Below are positions 14,593 to 28,300 of a stretch of 64,000 nucleotides of DNA, one piece after another; position 1 is the stretch's first letter; the number at the start of each line of letters is the position of its first letter. Source of the stretch: Catajapyx aquilonaris (Eukaryota); NCBI GenBank assembly GCA_000934665.2, contig JYFJ02000699.1, positions 1 through 64,000 of the forward strand, given 5' to 3'. Both the position numbers and the translations under genes were made by a program. The notes under the pieces were generated by a model, which saw nothing but the letters and a program-made list of their open reading frames with translations, did no database searches and had not been told where the DNA came from.

Positions 14593-15634
14593 AGAAAATA
14601 AAAATTGGGATCATAATAATTTTTGGCAGCAATACTGTAGGACTATAGTCCCTACACTGTTTAATTAGTTAACATACAGTACTTTTGCAAAATATTGTAA
14701 ATAATATAATGGAAAATTGGCTTTTCAGCGTCATATTTTTAATTTATAAACGTATAATTTTAATAACCTCAATATTTACATGAATGTAAATAACTGCAGC
14801 CACTGCCCACCAGCGGGTGGTCCTGCTAACTGCAAACAACGCCAATATTTTATTAGCCCACCTGATCCCATTTAAAATGATTTATAAATCCGGCCCGATT
14901 CCGCAATAGTAAATAACAATAATTGCGATATATTTTATCACAACTATTCCTCTCGATATATTCGAATTATCCCCAACCCAACTCCCCCTCCCCCCTTCCA
15001 TGGAAATTCAATTACGTGACAAATTGCAGCCTCATTGTTAATGCATTATTGCGCCGCTGCGTCCCCCGGCCAACATTGGTCCGCACTAAAGAAATTTCCA
15101 TTACTCCCATTCTCTCTAAAAAGTATATCCCTCGCTGCATGAGACACAAGGGACATTGTCACTAGTGCTTGGCCTGAGCCAAGATTGCGGCGAGTGCGGG
15201 GGATCACCCACCGCCTGCCTGGCCTCTACAGCATCCCAACCCTCCGGATCCTCTCTTTTCTCCGGATTTGGACGAGGAGCATTGGGGCTGGGGATTTCCC
15301 CACAAATTTATGCCCGGATTCCAGTCCCCGCAAACCCCCCCGTTGGGACGTAGTAATTCTGTCCCGGCCGACCCCCCCCAAGTGCATATATACCCTGCGA
15401 CATCACAGGGAAAAGGGAAAGAGCCTCGTCAGATTTTTCCTGTCCACTACATCCACCTTGGGGAAATCCGGGGACGGCCGTGAATCTCCTCAAAAAGACT
15501 CAACGGACCCGGGACAGGTTTATTAGCAAGGAAAAGCAATCCGGTGGAATCCGTACAACATACTGCTGAGGTCAGGTCATCATGTCTAGGGAACAATCAG
15601 ACAATTTTTCAAAATAATGTCCAGCCTGATATCT

Positions 15635-15754
15635 TACGAGTCGCCTGCCTGACCGCCAATTTCCTTTACCGCCAAAACAGGTCAGAATTTTTGGCGGTAA
15701 AGGAAAATGTGTGTTGGCGGTAAAGGAAATTGGCGGTCCGGGAGGCGGTCCATA
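15635..15754. mobile_element. Small MITE, TA-flanked (Tc1/mariner-like)
   Basis: Inverted GACCGCCAATTTCCTTTACCGCCAA and TTGGCGGTAAAGGAAATTGGCGGTC. Confidence 0.55.
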
Positions 15755-16026
15755 TCTTACATGTATAAATCAGAAAGTTTGTTGGTATATGAGCATGTCC
15801 GGGCTACCTAACCCACTTTCAGAGTACTGAGAGTTCTGAAACTTGGCACATTGACGTCTTACGTGCCGATAATTCAGGGAAATGTCCGAAAACTTCACTT
15901 TTGTGTGTCTATAAATACCCAAATTTAGAATTTAAAAAAAATTATGTTTGGGGGTCTCATCTTCGGAAATTGTAACACAAATTTCTTTTACTTATCAATC
16001 AGTGCGACGGACGGGTCCCCTACTAG
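15755..16026 (+). mobile_element. Non-autonomous Helitron, both termini present
   Basis: A|TCTTAC 5' end; family core GGCTACCTAACCCACTT; subterminal GC-rich segment then CTAG|T; no TSD. Confidence 0.7.
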
Positions 16027-16171
16027 TCGTATTTAGAATTGGCTATAGGCGTGACATTGTCTCTACACGTTGTGACTCATGACCTAGGTGTATGTAGTTA
16101 CCATAGATTTTATCATTTTTTTTCATTCAATAATGACAGGTTCAGCACGCTATAGCACTTCGCACTTCAAC

Positions 16172-16533
16172 CAGGAAGCATATACTACATAAGAGGCGCA
16201 AACATTCGATTTCCGCGTCTCTCTGTTTGGGGCATTACCAAGGCTGGCGGCCATTTTGAAGTGTGGGCAACGCCAACGAGGTATAAATAGGGTACAGGCA
16301 AAAATAGGGTCCGCCATCTTTGATTCGCGCGTGTTCTTGCCGTGTAGTTGCCATGGCCGCCAAAACCATGAAAAATGGCGGACCCTATTTTTGCCTGTAC
16401 CCTATTTATACCTCGTTGCCGTTCCCCACACTTCAAAATGGCCGCCAGCCTTGGCAACGGCCCCAAACAGAGAGACGCGAACATCAAAGGCGCCGACAGA
16501 AGTTTGCGCCTTTTATGTAGTATATGCTTCCTG
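16172..16533. mobile_element. Foldback MITE, P/Galileo-like, copy 1
   Basis: Near-palindromic; termini CAGGAAGC...GCTTCCTG; 7-bp TSD CTTCAAC at 16165-16171 and 16534-16540. Confidence 0.85.
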
Positions 16534-16688
16534 CTTCAACGGTTTTAGCGCCCTAGTGAGCTTTGTCCGCGCGGTGACTCATCACCAACGTGCATGTGGT
16601 ACTACTTTCCTCCTGAGAGGGCAATAGTGTGCAGAGAGGGAGCATGTGCGCCATCTGGGAGTCCAAGTGAGGGGCGTGAGCCAGGCAG

Positions 16689-16722
16689 TGTTGCCAAATT
16701 TTGGCAACGGATTCACTACTAG
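16689..16722 (+). mobile_element. Helitron 3' terminus related to the 36569 element
   Basis: Hairpin GTTGCCAAATTTTGGCAAC followed by CTAG|T. Confidence 0.55.
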
Positions 16723-19035
16723 TTTATGTATGCTTTTTTTAAAAATCTTTATTAACCAAACAGTTAGTGCAAACTGTTTTATGAGCCTTTAGCATTATTC
16801 ACCCAATATTTTGTTTCCATCCCTCGAATCCACCTTTTTTTTGATTTAGATCGCGTGTGGCCCATGGGCAAGGCATCGCTCTTTTCCTATTAATCATACT
16901 TGGAAGCGTAATAACGCCTGCAACTCACCCTTCTTACCCCTACTTGGAGCCGGGCTTAATCTCAATGATTAGAGGGCCTGAATGTCACGAGTCAATTACA
17001 TCTCAGGGAGCCAAAAAAGAGACTTGGAAAGCTCCTCTATATACTGGAGGGGGAGAGCTCTATAACCTTAATGAATCATTACACCTGCAATCAGGAAGCG
17101 GTTCGGGAAAAGACTGTCAGATACTTTGAATTAATCAAACGGCCACGCGATTACCAGTTAGCGATGGGTGCAATATCGGTTCGATAAAGGTGCTGGGAAC
17201 TTACTTTTAGCCTTTTAAAATCTTCCACTTATTATTGGCCTTTCCACTTATTCTTCCAACACCCAAGCCATGAAACCACCACTGGGGGGAAAAAAAAAAA
17301 TCCAGCGACATCATCTCAAGAGCATTAATGGATGGAAGTTGTGGAGTCAATGGGGAGAAACCTGGCTACTGCCATTTGGACGGGAGGGAAAAAAAAGAGA
17401 CGAAGGACAATGCCTGGGGAGTGCAGAAAAGGTTTTCTTGGCAACGGAAACCCTCCCCCACCATTTTTGTATTCGGGCACACCCGATAAAAGCACAGGAC
17501 CCCTGAAAAGTTAGCCAGGATTCCAAGAGCTTATTGGGAACCTCAACTTCTTGACGAAAGTGAAACAAATGGAGACCATTATGAATGCCGTCGTGTAGAA
17601 GATGGAAGCATCCATCAACTCTCTAAGACTTGAGAGAGAGAGAGAGTGGTGCAATATGCTGGTTTTCTTTTGGAAGCAGACCTCCTCTCACCACCTTTTA
17701 AGATCGGCAAGGCTTGCCAACATCAACCTTTCTAGGCACTAAATAAAATTTGTGCCCCATCGTCTGAGGGAAAAGGGTTCGAAAATATGAGGCAGGAAGC
17801 CATTGGACGACGTGGTTAGAGGGGGAGGAAAAAGGAGGCTATTCTGGAAAGGAGGACAATGGCCAAGGATGGTAACGAATCGGAGGAGAAAATCTGGCGA
17901 AATTTTCGAGACATTCTCTGAAAGTCTAGGTGAGGACATAATATGACATACAATAAAATTTAAGCGCAATAATAATTACTTAATAGGTCCAGATGTGCCT
18001 CTGACAACCCCAGGCCACAGGTGGACCCCCCCCCCCCCCCACTTTGCATAAAATAGTCACCTGGCTTAATTATATCCAGAAGGTTTTGTGACAAGCTGGT
18101 CTTGCGATAATGCGACACCTTCAGAGGGGGAAGAGAAATAATAAGGCGGTAATGAAATAAGAATTAGAGGTGTGAAAGGCATAAATACTTGATGTCGCTT
18201 TTTTTTTTTTAGCTTGACAGCTTTTGCACGTGGAGGAGTTACGACTTTTTAACCATTTTTACCACATTTAGAAGGAGGGCAGGTGTTTGGTTCGCACGCG
18301 ATTTAATTCCGCAGAGCGTTAGGTGCGTTTTTTAGCGACTCCCTGGCGGATTTGGCGACTCCGCAATTTGTTATCAAGAAGAATGTTATCTGCTTGTCTT
18401 TTCCTACCACGTATGCTTGGGTGGAGGGTTAGAAAAAAAATATAAGATTTATCACTGGTTGGGTAGATTCATCGTCATGACTTAATGATAATCTGCAAAG
18501 TGCTGGGAACATCTTTGTGCTCGAACCGATCCGACGGCGTAAAACGCAGATTCATACGCGCTTTTAAGCCCTGATAGTACACATCACTCATTGCTATAGG
18601 GGAGGAAGGGATGTGGCCATTAATAACTTTTGCAGAATTTGACGAAAATGCAGACGGATTTTCTTCAATTTCCTGCGGCTCGGTTCTGTTTTCGTGGGGG
18701 CTCCCCCCCGATGTTTTTTTTGAGGGGCCAGCTCTTTGCCTTTCCATCAGTAGGGTGTCAGCTTGAACGCGAATGAAATATGGCGGACGATATGAGGCGT
18801 GATAAAAACTGATGTATGGAACAGTTATTGACTGCATGACATGACAGCTCAGCTCCAATGATAGAATCGGGCTGTTTTCGGCAAGTTTGTTTCAGACACA
18901 CCTTTTAAAAAATCAACTGATTTTGGCGAGTAATAATACCTAACCTTCAGAGACCGGCAAACCGATAGATCGGCTTTGTGAATGTTCTATTTTTATAAAA
19001 GTCATCGCGCGGACAAAGTCCTACAGACTGTTTTG

Positions 19036-19256
19036 GGGATCTCGGACTTTTCGCCCCCGCCGTTTCGCCCCCGGACTTTTAGCCCCCGGAATATTGGCCC
19101 CCGCGACCCCCGCCGTTGCCAGGCTACACACAAGGCCAGGTCACTTCTCTAGAAATGCCCAGCCGAATGCTTCAAAGTGGAATATGTCACGGGGGCCAAT
19201 ATGCCGGGGGCTAAAAGTCCGGGGGCGAAACGACGGGGGCGAAAAGTCCGGATCCC
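19036..19256. mobile_element. MITE with about 65-bp TIRs (Mutator-like)
   Basis: GGGATC..CGGACTTTTCGCCCCCG inverted to CGGGGGCGAAAAGTCCGGATCCC; imperfect flanking repeat GTTTTGG. Confidence 0.7.
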
Positions 19257-22200
19257 GTTTTGGGGGTCATACAGAATTTACTAAAAAGCTTTTAAAATCT
19301 CACTAAAGGTTTGCAAGCATCGTTAATACCATTTCCCTCGCATACATAGTTGGCGCTCTCTTCACAATCTCTCCGGACAAACCAGATCGGGGAATAACCG
19401 CACGTGCTCAACATTAGCAGCTGAGATTCCTGGTTGGTCCAAGCCTCACCCTATCCCATAAACCATCCTGTCCAGCTAGAAGTACTGCCCGTGAAGAAGC
19501 CTTGTGTCCCCCAACGGGATATATACACACACAGCTAGCTCTCCAGGCATCGCAGACATTTCCTCCTCCCCAGCATTGCAGGTTGCTCTCCAACAGTCCC
19601 AACTGGCCATCAATGGTCCACCAGAGCTCGGCCAACTGGAAAAGGATCTATGTCTGTGGTGGAGGGTTGGGCCGCGTACGCCTGCAGGATTTGTGGACGG
19701 GACGGGGGTGGGCTTCCCTCTGAATCATTTATAATCCGGTGGGCATTAACTGTGTGCAAGGGGTGGCCACCCTCTACCTATACACCCTCCCAACCCACCC
19801 ACCTACACACACCCAAATCATTCACGCGTTTGTTGCCCTCAGGATGGACTCGTCACTTTTAATCACGGATTACAAACATTTTACAGGTGGGAGGTGATTA
19901 AGCGGACTCCCAGGATTAGGTCCATCCGAATTATTTATTCCTGATGCTGGGGGGTGGTGGACTTGTGCAGTAAAACTGTTTCCAACTTGTTCAAATAGAA
20001 TTAGCGGTCCGGTTGGACGCAACACGCGGTATAATTGCATAGAGTTAATATTACATGCGATAGAATTCGAGGGAGCAGGATTTACTATAGTATTTATGTA
20101 GGATTGGGAGAGTGGTTGGTGACATCTAGTTGGACAAAACGTACGATATAAGGTGTTGCATGTATGCATAGAGCAAATATTAATTAATATTTTTACTAAA
20201 AATTCATGCACAGCCTTATCAAACAAATTTATCCCAACATCGCAGCAGGCCCGAGCTTTATCAGGCAAATGAGTATAACTGCATTTTGTAAGTACCCAGC
20301 ATTGAGGCTTTTTAGCACTATAAATTGGATCGACTGTGCAAAAAGAGAAGCGTGATTTTAAACTAGTATTTCGCTAATTTACATATACAGTTCTAATATC
20401 TACGTAAATAGCAATTTCACAAAATTGAAGTACCCCCCCTACTGTACAGCTTGCGTGTAATTAACATGCACTCGTCGCCTGTCAACATGTACTGTAGCAC
20501 ATCTAGCTATGCACTAAGCCACCAATTTATATTTTTAAAATATGCAAAAATTGCCTATACTGAAACGGAATATTCAATTGGATCACTATACACGATCGTA
20601 AACGTACATAGATGTAATCGTACATAGACTAAATGAAACAGGTTCAGGAAGAAAAGTTGTCCTAAATATTCCAAATGACAAATCTCACAGTTGACATTTT
20701 CCCTGTGGCCTAAATTTTTATAGACATATGATAGGCGGAAGCAGCCCATAATTATGTCTCCATACTTCTCCGAAAAATTTCATTTTCCTGCATAAAGCCA
20801 TCGGATCAGCTCCTATTTTTCAATCAACTGAAGACTTACAAAACTCTAACTCCGAGGGATCATTCCCTCAGTCATCCAGAGCACGACCGAATTGAAGGCA
20901 ATACGTTTTGTTTTCCTAAAAAAAAAAAAGTGAAAAAAATAGTAGAGAGAGCCCGGTTTCAACAGAGCGCACGTAATTACTCCATCAATTATTACCACCC
21001 AACACAAGTTGGCATCACTTGAATTTCAAGTCAGCAACATCCCACAACTCACAGGGATATCCCCCGGAAACAAAACGGCCCCGGAAATAAATACCGACCA
21101 GCCAGACCGGACAACCAAACAAAATCCTGCCAGATCCGCTAAACTGAATCATTATTCTCACGTTCAGCAGTGAGGAATGCCCGTCTCGTTTTTCACTTTC
21201 ATTCGATTCCACAACATGTTGCAATTACCACATGTCAGACCCCCTGGAAAAACATATAACCCGGACTGAAAAAAAACAACGATACAAATGTTGGGAGGGG
21301 GAAAAAAAAAGATTTACAAGAGGTCAGTTGCTGGCTCGCAAATTCAACAGATTTCCGAATTTTTGGCCAATAGGAAACGGCTCCCAAGATCTATTCAAGC
21401 AGATTTGCACAGACACGTAAATTTCACCAATCGGTCAGATTTGCGAACTAAACCCCCACAAATACATTGGCAAAAAAAAAAATCGCAACTGCAATGCCGG
21501 AAAAGGGGTTCAATCTGACAAGAACTAGCACGATTGTTGCACTTTTTCGAGCTTGAATTTGGCGAAAAAAAGAGTGAGGGAATTAGCAACGATATATGGG
21601 AATGGTTGTGATTTTGAGACTTATCTCGAGGCAGATGCTCCATGGAATCAAAATAGCTAATTCGACGCTTAATTAACTCTGAAGTGTGTTTTTTTTCTCT
21701 AAAATTTTGGTTTCAGTCCGATTTTGAATCGCACATGTTTGGTAGCCTACTCATCATATGCGTACTTCGCCACAAAAGTTGTTTTGAATTCGCAAACTAA
21801 CCCTGCACCACTTGTGTACCTTTTCAACTTTGACATGAGAGCTCTAATTGGTTCCAAACAACTCCAGAAAAAAAATAGACGCACATGCCAATTCCCTATC
21901 ATCTTCCATTAGGCTTTTCACGCCCAAAAAAAAAAGTTTGCGTCTCTCTCTCTCTCTCAAAAAAAATCCTGAGTGGAGTTCCATGTCGACACAAACGTCG
22001 CTTCAAGTTGAGACGCTCTGGGCTCAAGAAAAAAAAATCAAGTACATATTGTCACATAGAGTTTGACAAATAAAAATAATTCATCGTCGCCTGAAGCGTG
22101 TTTTCCTTACCATGGCTAATTAAGGGGCGACACGTGGCCATTAAACGAGTACAAGTACGCCTATTAGCGAGGGACATACTTCTAAAACAAATATGACATG

Positions 22201-22838
22201 CAACCGCTTTGATTTTTGGATGGGGGGGGGGGGGGGGGNNNNAAAGGGCCACTCGAAAATTTTAATATGATGTGCAGGATGTCATCCCCCAGCCCGGTGT
22301 GGTGTGTGCATGTGATTTATTCTGCTTCATAGTGTGTCCATGTCAATTAATGTGGACATGGTAATGGGGGTGTCAGTACTCCTGGGGTCATAATTGGCCG
22401 GTGGTACAGTCGGCGAGTAACGAATGGATGAGCACAATTATTTCATGGTTCCCAGCACTGCAAGTCAAATCGCTGGCCTGGAGTCTGATGAGGATTTAGG
22501 GCGGGCTAATTGATAGACATCCGCATTGACACGGGGCTTTATTGATCCTCCACCCACCCACCCACCCCAAACACTTCTGTTCAATTTGATCGGGAATCCG
22601 ATTCCTCATGGGTGTACACCAGTCTAGACGAATGACATCACGTCCAGTCGCCTCACGCCAGTTCTGACGCCTTGGCTGGCATTCTTAGCAAAAAAGCCGT
22701 AACTGCATGCGAGATAAGAGGAAAACAAGATTTGCAAATCAAGGGAGCGTGATTCTAGTAGACTTTTTCTTGTTGACATGAAAATTCTAATTAGACAATA
22801 ATGATATGGAAAGTTGTCAGTCTCATTCATAGTTTCAG

Positions 22839-23204
22839 CAGGGAGCATATACTACATAAGAGGCGCAAACATTCGATTTCCGCGTCTCTCTGTTTGGGGC
22901 ATTACCAAGGCTGGCGGCCATTTTGAAGTGTGGGCAACGCCAACGAGGTATAAATAGGGTACAGGCAAAAATAGGGTCCGCCATCTTTGATTCGCGCGTG
23001 TTCTTGCCGTGTAGTTGCCATGGCCGCCAAAACCATGAAAAATGGCGGACCCTATTTTTGCCTGTACCCTATTTATACCTCGTTGCCGTTGCCCACACTT
23101 CAAAATGGCCGCCAGCTTTGGCAACGGCCCCAAACAGAGAGACGCGGACATCAAAGGCGCCGACAGAATTTTGCGCCTCTTATGTAGTATAATTATGCTC
23201 CCTG
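22839..23204. mobile_element. Foldback MITE, P/Galileo-like, copy 2
   Basis: Near-identical to copy 1; termini CAGGGAGC...GCTCCCTG; 7-bp TSD GTTTCAG at 22832-22838 and 23205-23211. Confidence 0.85.
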
Positions 23205-25184
23205 GTTTCAGTGAAACTATTAACTAATTAGCAGATCTATTAGTAATAATTATTAAGATGAAACTGTTGATTAGTTATGAGCTATTTATTTTATTTTATT
23301 TATTTTATTTTGTCTTTATTTTATTTACCCCGTGGTAGAGCAGTGCTCTTTTGGGGGGACACCACCACCCTATACAAGAGAAAATTATATGCGCTTAGCG
23401 ACATTAGGAAGAAAAATTACGGACACTATAAATTATTAGCTATTAAATTATATGAGCAAAGTAAATTATCTGTTAACACCTAAATTAGGTGGAAAATAGG
23501 TGAAAATGGATCAAGTCTCTGAACCGCTTCTGACACAAAACCATGGGGTTTGTAATGAGGTAATGAGAAGTTGTGGCTTGCAGCATTGTAACTGCGGCTC
23601 AACGCCAACAACTGATATAAACCGTCGCCCCCCCTATTTTCTGCCAGTGGTCGAGTTCGGTTTAACGCTTCAGCTTTTACAACAGTTTGCGAAAAAAAAA
23701 AAAGGCGAGAGAGAGAGGATTGTTGGTGCAACCGACTAACTGACCAGATCTAGTGTTTGCTCGTTTTGTTGCTCACTCGGGACTCCCTTGGCTTTTGCGG
23801 AAACATACTTTTTTGCGCAGAAAAATGGCGAAAATGTGCTTTTAATGACCTGTAGCAGTGTTTTGCAAAATTTCGGCTAATTTTGCAAAGATCAAATCCT
23901 ACGGAATGCTACAGCGTAATATTTGACGCCAATTAACAGCTGGTCAGGAGCATAAGAATGGAGTGATTTTTTTTTTTTTGGGGGGGGGGGGCTGGAACCC
24001 TCCATTGTTTCTATATCCAGGCCCCTTTATTTTCGCAAAATTGCCGGAAATTCGCTGGGAAATAAAGCCTGGAAAATGCGATGAATGCTACTGGGTCCGG
24101 AGTGCATTATCCGGGTCTATTCTGGACCGTTGCATAGAAGTCGCTGGAATGTTGCACGCAATATGTCATATCCGGTTGCACATTTTAAACAGTCAGTTAA
24201 GAGATAACGGATTGGTCAGAGCCCATAAATTAAAATATGAAAACAATAAATAAATTACTGTAAATGCTGTAACTAAAGCGACTTGGGCGCACAACAGATG
24301 GCGTTTACGCAGCGAGCGCATTTTTTTTTTCACTGCGCGCGCAATCTCAGGTATGTTTGAGGGTCGTTCGAAGTACGAGGTTCCACTGTATCTGGGTTAA
24401 TGTCTGACAGATATCGTGCGTGACTTCCAGTCCTCCAATCTCCACGCTGTCACACGCTGACCTAAAATGTGTGACATGTGTGACAATACCTTAATCCATC
24501 AGCCATTTCGTCGACAATTCAAGCATTTGTCTTATTTTAACAATCCAAACAATCCACCTGATTACAGGTGGAGAAGAAGGAAAAAAAAAACTCGTGCAGT
24601 AGAACCGACAGGTACGATTTTATACCCTGACCCGGACATGCAAACTATTCCATCTGGTAATTAAAACACCCCCCATACCCCACAAACACTTGGCGGTGTT
24701 TACTCCCCCTCGGTTTATTAGTTCCTCCACATGGCGTGACCCCAACCAGCACCATATACACACTCGTACAGGGTATGCCATAATAAGTTGCAGGACGAAC
24801 TTACAGGTGAAAGGAACTTGGCTCGTTATGAAACACCCTGTACCCTTACGTGTTAGCATCAATCAAAAGTCAGGCCACACGTATGACCATAGCCAGATAA
24901 GAAAATTGATCCAGGCTCTCTTCCACGCCCTTCCTTTTACCTCACAAAGCCATCAGACCGCGAGCAAAGAGGGAGAGAGAAAAAGGCTGTCTAATTGGCC
25001 ACGTTTTGCAGCACAGTAACCCTCCATACGAAATAATTATCGGTAATATCCGGTCGTAAAATCATTCGCAACTTTAGCCCTTTACGTCAGGTATACATTT
25101 CTTTTTAAAAAAACACCCAAACTTATTTAATTCTCGCCAAATACGACGATTTCAGCAAATTCGTCTGACACGGTTCTCAAGGTA

Positions 25185-25375
25185 GATATTTTAAAAAACT
25201 AAATTTTGGGTATTTAAAAATTTTAAAAAGTGCAAGTTTTCGGACTTTTTCTTCAACCAGTGGCACATAGCCATCGGTGTTCCAAATTCCAATACTCTCA
25301 GAGGTATAGAAGTGGGTTAGGTAGCCCAGACAAACATACATACTGTACAAACTTTCACGTTTATAAGTATAGAGA
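25185..25375 (-). mobile_element. Helitron-family 5' fragment
   Basis: A|TCTCTATAC start and shared core AAGTGGGTTAGGTAGCCCAGAC (+ strand reading). Confidence 0.6.
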
Positions 25376-28300
25376 TTGTCAGTCTCAATTATTATCGTTG
25401 GCAAGTAACCAAATTAAAATAATTCTCAGGCATGCAGACTTGACCTGGGAGGATAGATTGGACCCGGAAAACCAGTAGTGGTCGGTTACCGGAAGTTGAC
25501 CATGAGACCTATTAAGGGTCCGCTGAATCCGAATCCGAAAACAGTTTGTCGCTATTTCTTGCTGCTTAAGCCCTGATACCTGTCCACAGACAGACGGACT
25601 AACAGTCGTTCTATACGACTTTCTGTTGTTGTTTTTTTTTCGATGAGAAAATGTCTACAAATCAAGTTCAGAGCAGTGTGATGGGGTGTTACATGTTTGG
25701 GGCGTACACAGTTACACACTTTATCAGAAAAGCAGGTCATAAAGCACTGTACAGCACACAGTTGTTGGTTTATGGCTCCGGTTAAGTGGGGGGAGCCTGT
25801 ACCACGCTATGCAAGCAACTGGGAGGAAATTTTCGCATACTTCCGATTCCAATCGTAAAATTTGCGTGCGAAAAGGCCATGAGTCACCCTGCTGTTTTGT
25901 GCGTGGGTTAAGGACAGACGCCCTCAAAAAAAAAGAAAGAAAGTTTGGAGACAAAACTTCTTGGCTGGGAGAGAGGCTTATCCGTTATCCATCATTACGT
26001 GTATATACCAGCAGGTTTTAATCAAGCCGGAAATGAGCCAAGGGGAGTAGGGGGCTTTTCCTCCAAAGTTTCAATATCGCCCAGCTTTCGTGAAGACGTC
26101 AAACACGCACTTTTGGCACAGTCAAACAGGCCAAGTCTTAGCCGAAATGTGTCTACACTTACTTGCATCGTTGTAGTCCTGTGTCCATACCAGAATGGCC
26201 GCAATGCACTTCACCAGTCATGCACAATGAATCCTGAGTAAACTTGAACTCTGCAATGAGTCACCTGTAATCTAAAGATGAGAAAGTCATTTTTGCCAAT
26301 TAGTGATTTAATAGAAGTCAAAGGAGTAGGGGTGTAAACCAGATGGGGTCAGGTTCAAATAATAAAGTGAAAGGTTTTCACCCGTTTTCACAATGGACAA
26401 AAAATCCTTTTTTTATTTTTGCAGTCTACCCAATCCAAATGTCTCGTTATCAGTGACCCCATCATCTGTGCAAAAATACCCTCAACTTGTGTCCACAAAG
26501 TGGGGATTTGGGTCATTCCTACATCCTACTTCCTCTATTTGCCAGTGTTTTCTGCTAATCGGTGCCACTCATCAAAAACCGCCAAGCCCATCCGTATCAA
26601 TTTATTCAAAGCTTTAAGTTGTTGACGTAGCCAGTTATACGAGTTGGCCTACACCCATTCGCTACAGTTAAGTTGTGGACTTTTTATTGGGTTGACGAAT
26701 CTACATGACACTCCTCTCAACCGAATGTCTAACGTGGGAACATCTAGTCAATGTTTATGGAGTTGTTCTTTAAGGGTAAGGCATTTAAAGGCCCACTCAT
26801 TTTCTCCAAATCATAAACTGCATAAGTCGGACACACATGTATGCATATAACATTATGTAAGACGGCAGCCATCTTTTAATGTTTATGCGAGTCAAATTAT
26901 TAACGATGTTTAAAAGTGCACTTAATGCATTTATGATTCAAAAAACTCTACGACTTCTTGGGGTCTCATGCAAATGATGGATTGTGAATGAATCTACAGT
27001 ACTCTATGGAGCCTATGAGTCTATGGACTTGGACAAAAACATGACCGATATTTTCAACAAGACACCAAATAATGTGTTAGATAATGAATAGCTATAATCG
27101 AAAAAATGGCTAGGTGTTCAGTCTTGTAGAATTGAGCTCTGGGACAAGGGAAAAAGGTAACGCAAATACTGTTCAGAAAGTGTGTACGGAATGAATGAGG
27201 GTGTGAATCTATTAAATTAATGTTCCAGAGCGTGTGTGAGGAGTTTGGAAAAAACTTTCAGTACGTAGCCTATTTTTTTTCTCAGTTTGTTTCTTTAGGA
27301 CACAAGTATCAATATTTTTGGAATGCAGTGTCAAACTATTCAAAAATGTTTCACAGTATCGCCAGCGAGCCCAAAATATAAAGAATAATATTGATATACA
27401 TTTCCAGGCCACAAAAATAGCCTCTCGTAAACAATCGACCAACATTCAACGTCACATAATTTATACTCCTAATAAATTCTCCAAATTAAACAGAAAAACG
27501 TAACAAAGCGTCACAAAATTATGACACGCTATGGTTGCATCAAATAATTCCAATGCAATTTGCGTACTTCAATCGACAGCATTCACACCCAAATCGGACA
27601 ATTAGATCTCCAACGTTAACCGAGTGTAAAATAAATATGCAATAAATAACAGTCACTGTCGGAGTTATCCTGTCTCCACTTATCATACGGCTAATGTTCC
27701 AAAATAGTCAAGAAAAATGCCCAAGTGCTCTAATTGTATTTATTTAATTGTATTTTCTTTCCCTTCCTCTAATTGACTTGTATCAAATGCAAGAAAATGC
27801 TAAGTGTTGCCAACACTAGAATTTCCTACTGGAAAATAAATGCTTCCCATACAATATATGTCATTATCATTATAATTCACAGTTTTCACACACATATTTT
27901 TGGATTTTAGTGTTTTTTTGGTGTAATGTTTTGGTAAGCCACTTTTTTTTTATATTGACTATGCAACATCTACGACATAGTTATGATCTATTTGCACATC
28001 TATGTCCCATGTGTCTCTTTAACATTTAAAAGGACAATAACGCACCTCTTCGACAAATTGAGCTTTAAAAATTGGGCATGTTTTTTTTTTTCTTTCTGTG
28101 ACATGAAATTAGGAAAAATTGGTCATCTATAAGTTCAGGACAGGTTCAGTGGAAGGAAAATAAATTCATATCACCTTTGACCTCTCGACCTGGGATACCT
28201 TTCAGTTCTCAAATAAATGGACTGCGCCTCTAGAATCACGATTTTTTTCGCCTGATTCTTAGCCCAACTTGTCGAAGGAGTGCTTGAGTCCTTTTAATGT

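Noticed and set aside
16185..16627. Duplicated ORFs here and at 22852-23227 that look like paralogous proteins
   Set aside because: Translations of a palindromic MITE; the same peptide appears on both strands
24365..24390. pogo/Tigger-like terminus CGAGGTTCCACTGTA
   Set aside because: No matching second end found; too little to call an element
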